Below are positions 63,468 through 64,000 of a stretch of DNA of 64,000 nt, piece after piece. This stretch comes from an archaeon (GTDB lineage: Archaea > Nanobdellota > Nanobdellia > Pacearchaeales > GW2011-AR1), in NCBI GenBank assembly GCA_043822125.1, contig JBDRCB010000006.1, positions 45,662 to 109,661 on the forward strand. The letters run 5' to 3'. Every line of letters begins with the position of its first letter. The first letter of the stretch is position 1. The translations under genes were made by a program, and so were the position numbers. Under the pieces are notes generated by a model. It was not told the DNA's origin and did no database searches. It worked only from the letters and a program-made list of their open reading frames with translations.

Positions 63468-64000
63468 TTATTTTGAAAGATTTTTTTCTATAATTTTCGT
63501 CCTGCACGGAAGTTTTGATTTTACCTGCTTCAAAACTTTTCTCACAAAAGAAACAGTTTTTTGTGTTGGAACAGCTACGATAAAAATTTCTGAGCCCGGC
63601 TTAACTATTGCTGCTTTCCCAACGCATTTTCCAAAAGACAACTGCATTCCTGTCTGCATTCTGTCAGCACCAGCACCAGTAAGCATTTTATTCTCTCTCT
63701 GAATATGATGGGGAAAAGGGACAACTCTAAACATATAATTTCCAGTAAGTTCCTTGTCAGTTTTTTTATTGATGTATTGTCTGCATGCTTCGAGAGCATT
63801 GTGCCTTATCTGGCAGTTTTCATCAGAAACCATAGTAAGAACATAGGGAAGTTTTCCCACTTTAAACAAATCGTCCCTGCCCATAACAAACTTCACAATC
63901 TTTTGCGGAGGTACTGTCTTAATATATGACTTTTGCTTTTTTTTGCTTACTCGAGTATACGGAACAACTTTCTTTTTAGAATATGCAGATGCTTTTCTCA
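63468..64000 (-). CDS. rpl10e: Ribosomal protein uL16 (L10e); the start lies beyond the window end
   Basis: RHNALEACRQ...FPHHIQRENKMLTGAGADRMQTGM is typical of L10e. The frame stays open upstream of the track start (..RKASAYSKKKVVPYTRVSKKKQKSYIKTVPPQKIVKFVMG) to base 64000. Confidence 0.85.
   Translation of the reverse strand, partial: RKASAYSKKKVVPYTRVSKKKQKSYIKTVPPQKIVKFVMGRDDLFKVGKLPYVLTMVSDENCQIRHNALEACRQYINKKTDKELTGNYMFRVVPFPHHIQRENKMLTGAGADRMQTGMQLSFGKCVGKAAIVKPGSEIFIVAVPTQKTVSFVRKVLKQVKSKLPCRTKIIEKNLSK

Overview
This is a low-GC, gene-dense archaeal window. The compact proteins and patchy gene set suggest a DPANN-like lineage, which is an inference. Informational genes dominate. They include RNase HII, an SMC-like ATPase and scpA, dnaG, EF-1alpha and EF-2. 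The ribosomal proteins present are uS12, uS7, eS24, eS31 and uL16. The transcription genes are nusA, rpoH, rpoB, a single-ORF rpoA, rpoE-prime and spt4. hisS, a GluRS-like gene and three tRNAs (Lys-UUU, Trp-CCA, His-GUG) are also present. Metabolic and housekeeping modules include an nrdR-nrdD-nrdG class III ribonucleotide reductase operon, a nifS/iscU Fe-S operon, cstA, malic enzyme, thioredoxin, uppP, pcm and dph6. The most interesting region is an accessory island of about 4.8 kb (roughly 6.15-11.5 kb) between an endonuclease IV-like gene and dnaG. There, a Xer/IntI-like tyrosine recombinase is followed by single-gene modules. These modules are separated by directly repeated 28-bp dif-like (11-6-11, ATAA-N6-TTAT) sites embedded in relatively GC-rich, hairpin-forming spacers. 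Each ORF is additionally bracketed by its own module-specific inverted repeat. A solo copy of the spacer element with a small ORF sits inside the rps12-rps7 spacer. Other notable observations are:
- an SMC with a central CxxC hook instead of a hinge
- a fused rpoA
- a two-piece NrdD with a separate glycyl-radical ORF
- NrdR-box-like palindromes
- an unannotated 33-aa peptide with 12 cysteines in the Fe-S operon
- a GluRS-like protein lacking the anticodon-binding domain
- several pseudogenes (NYN, MazG, a poly-A frameshifted ORF)
- an ABC exporter / nucleotidyltransferase / kinase operon

No rRNA genes or CRISPR arrays were seen. All family assignments rest on motif recognition by eye and need profile searches.
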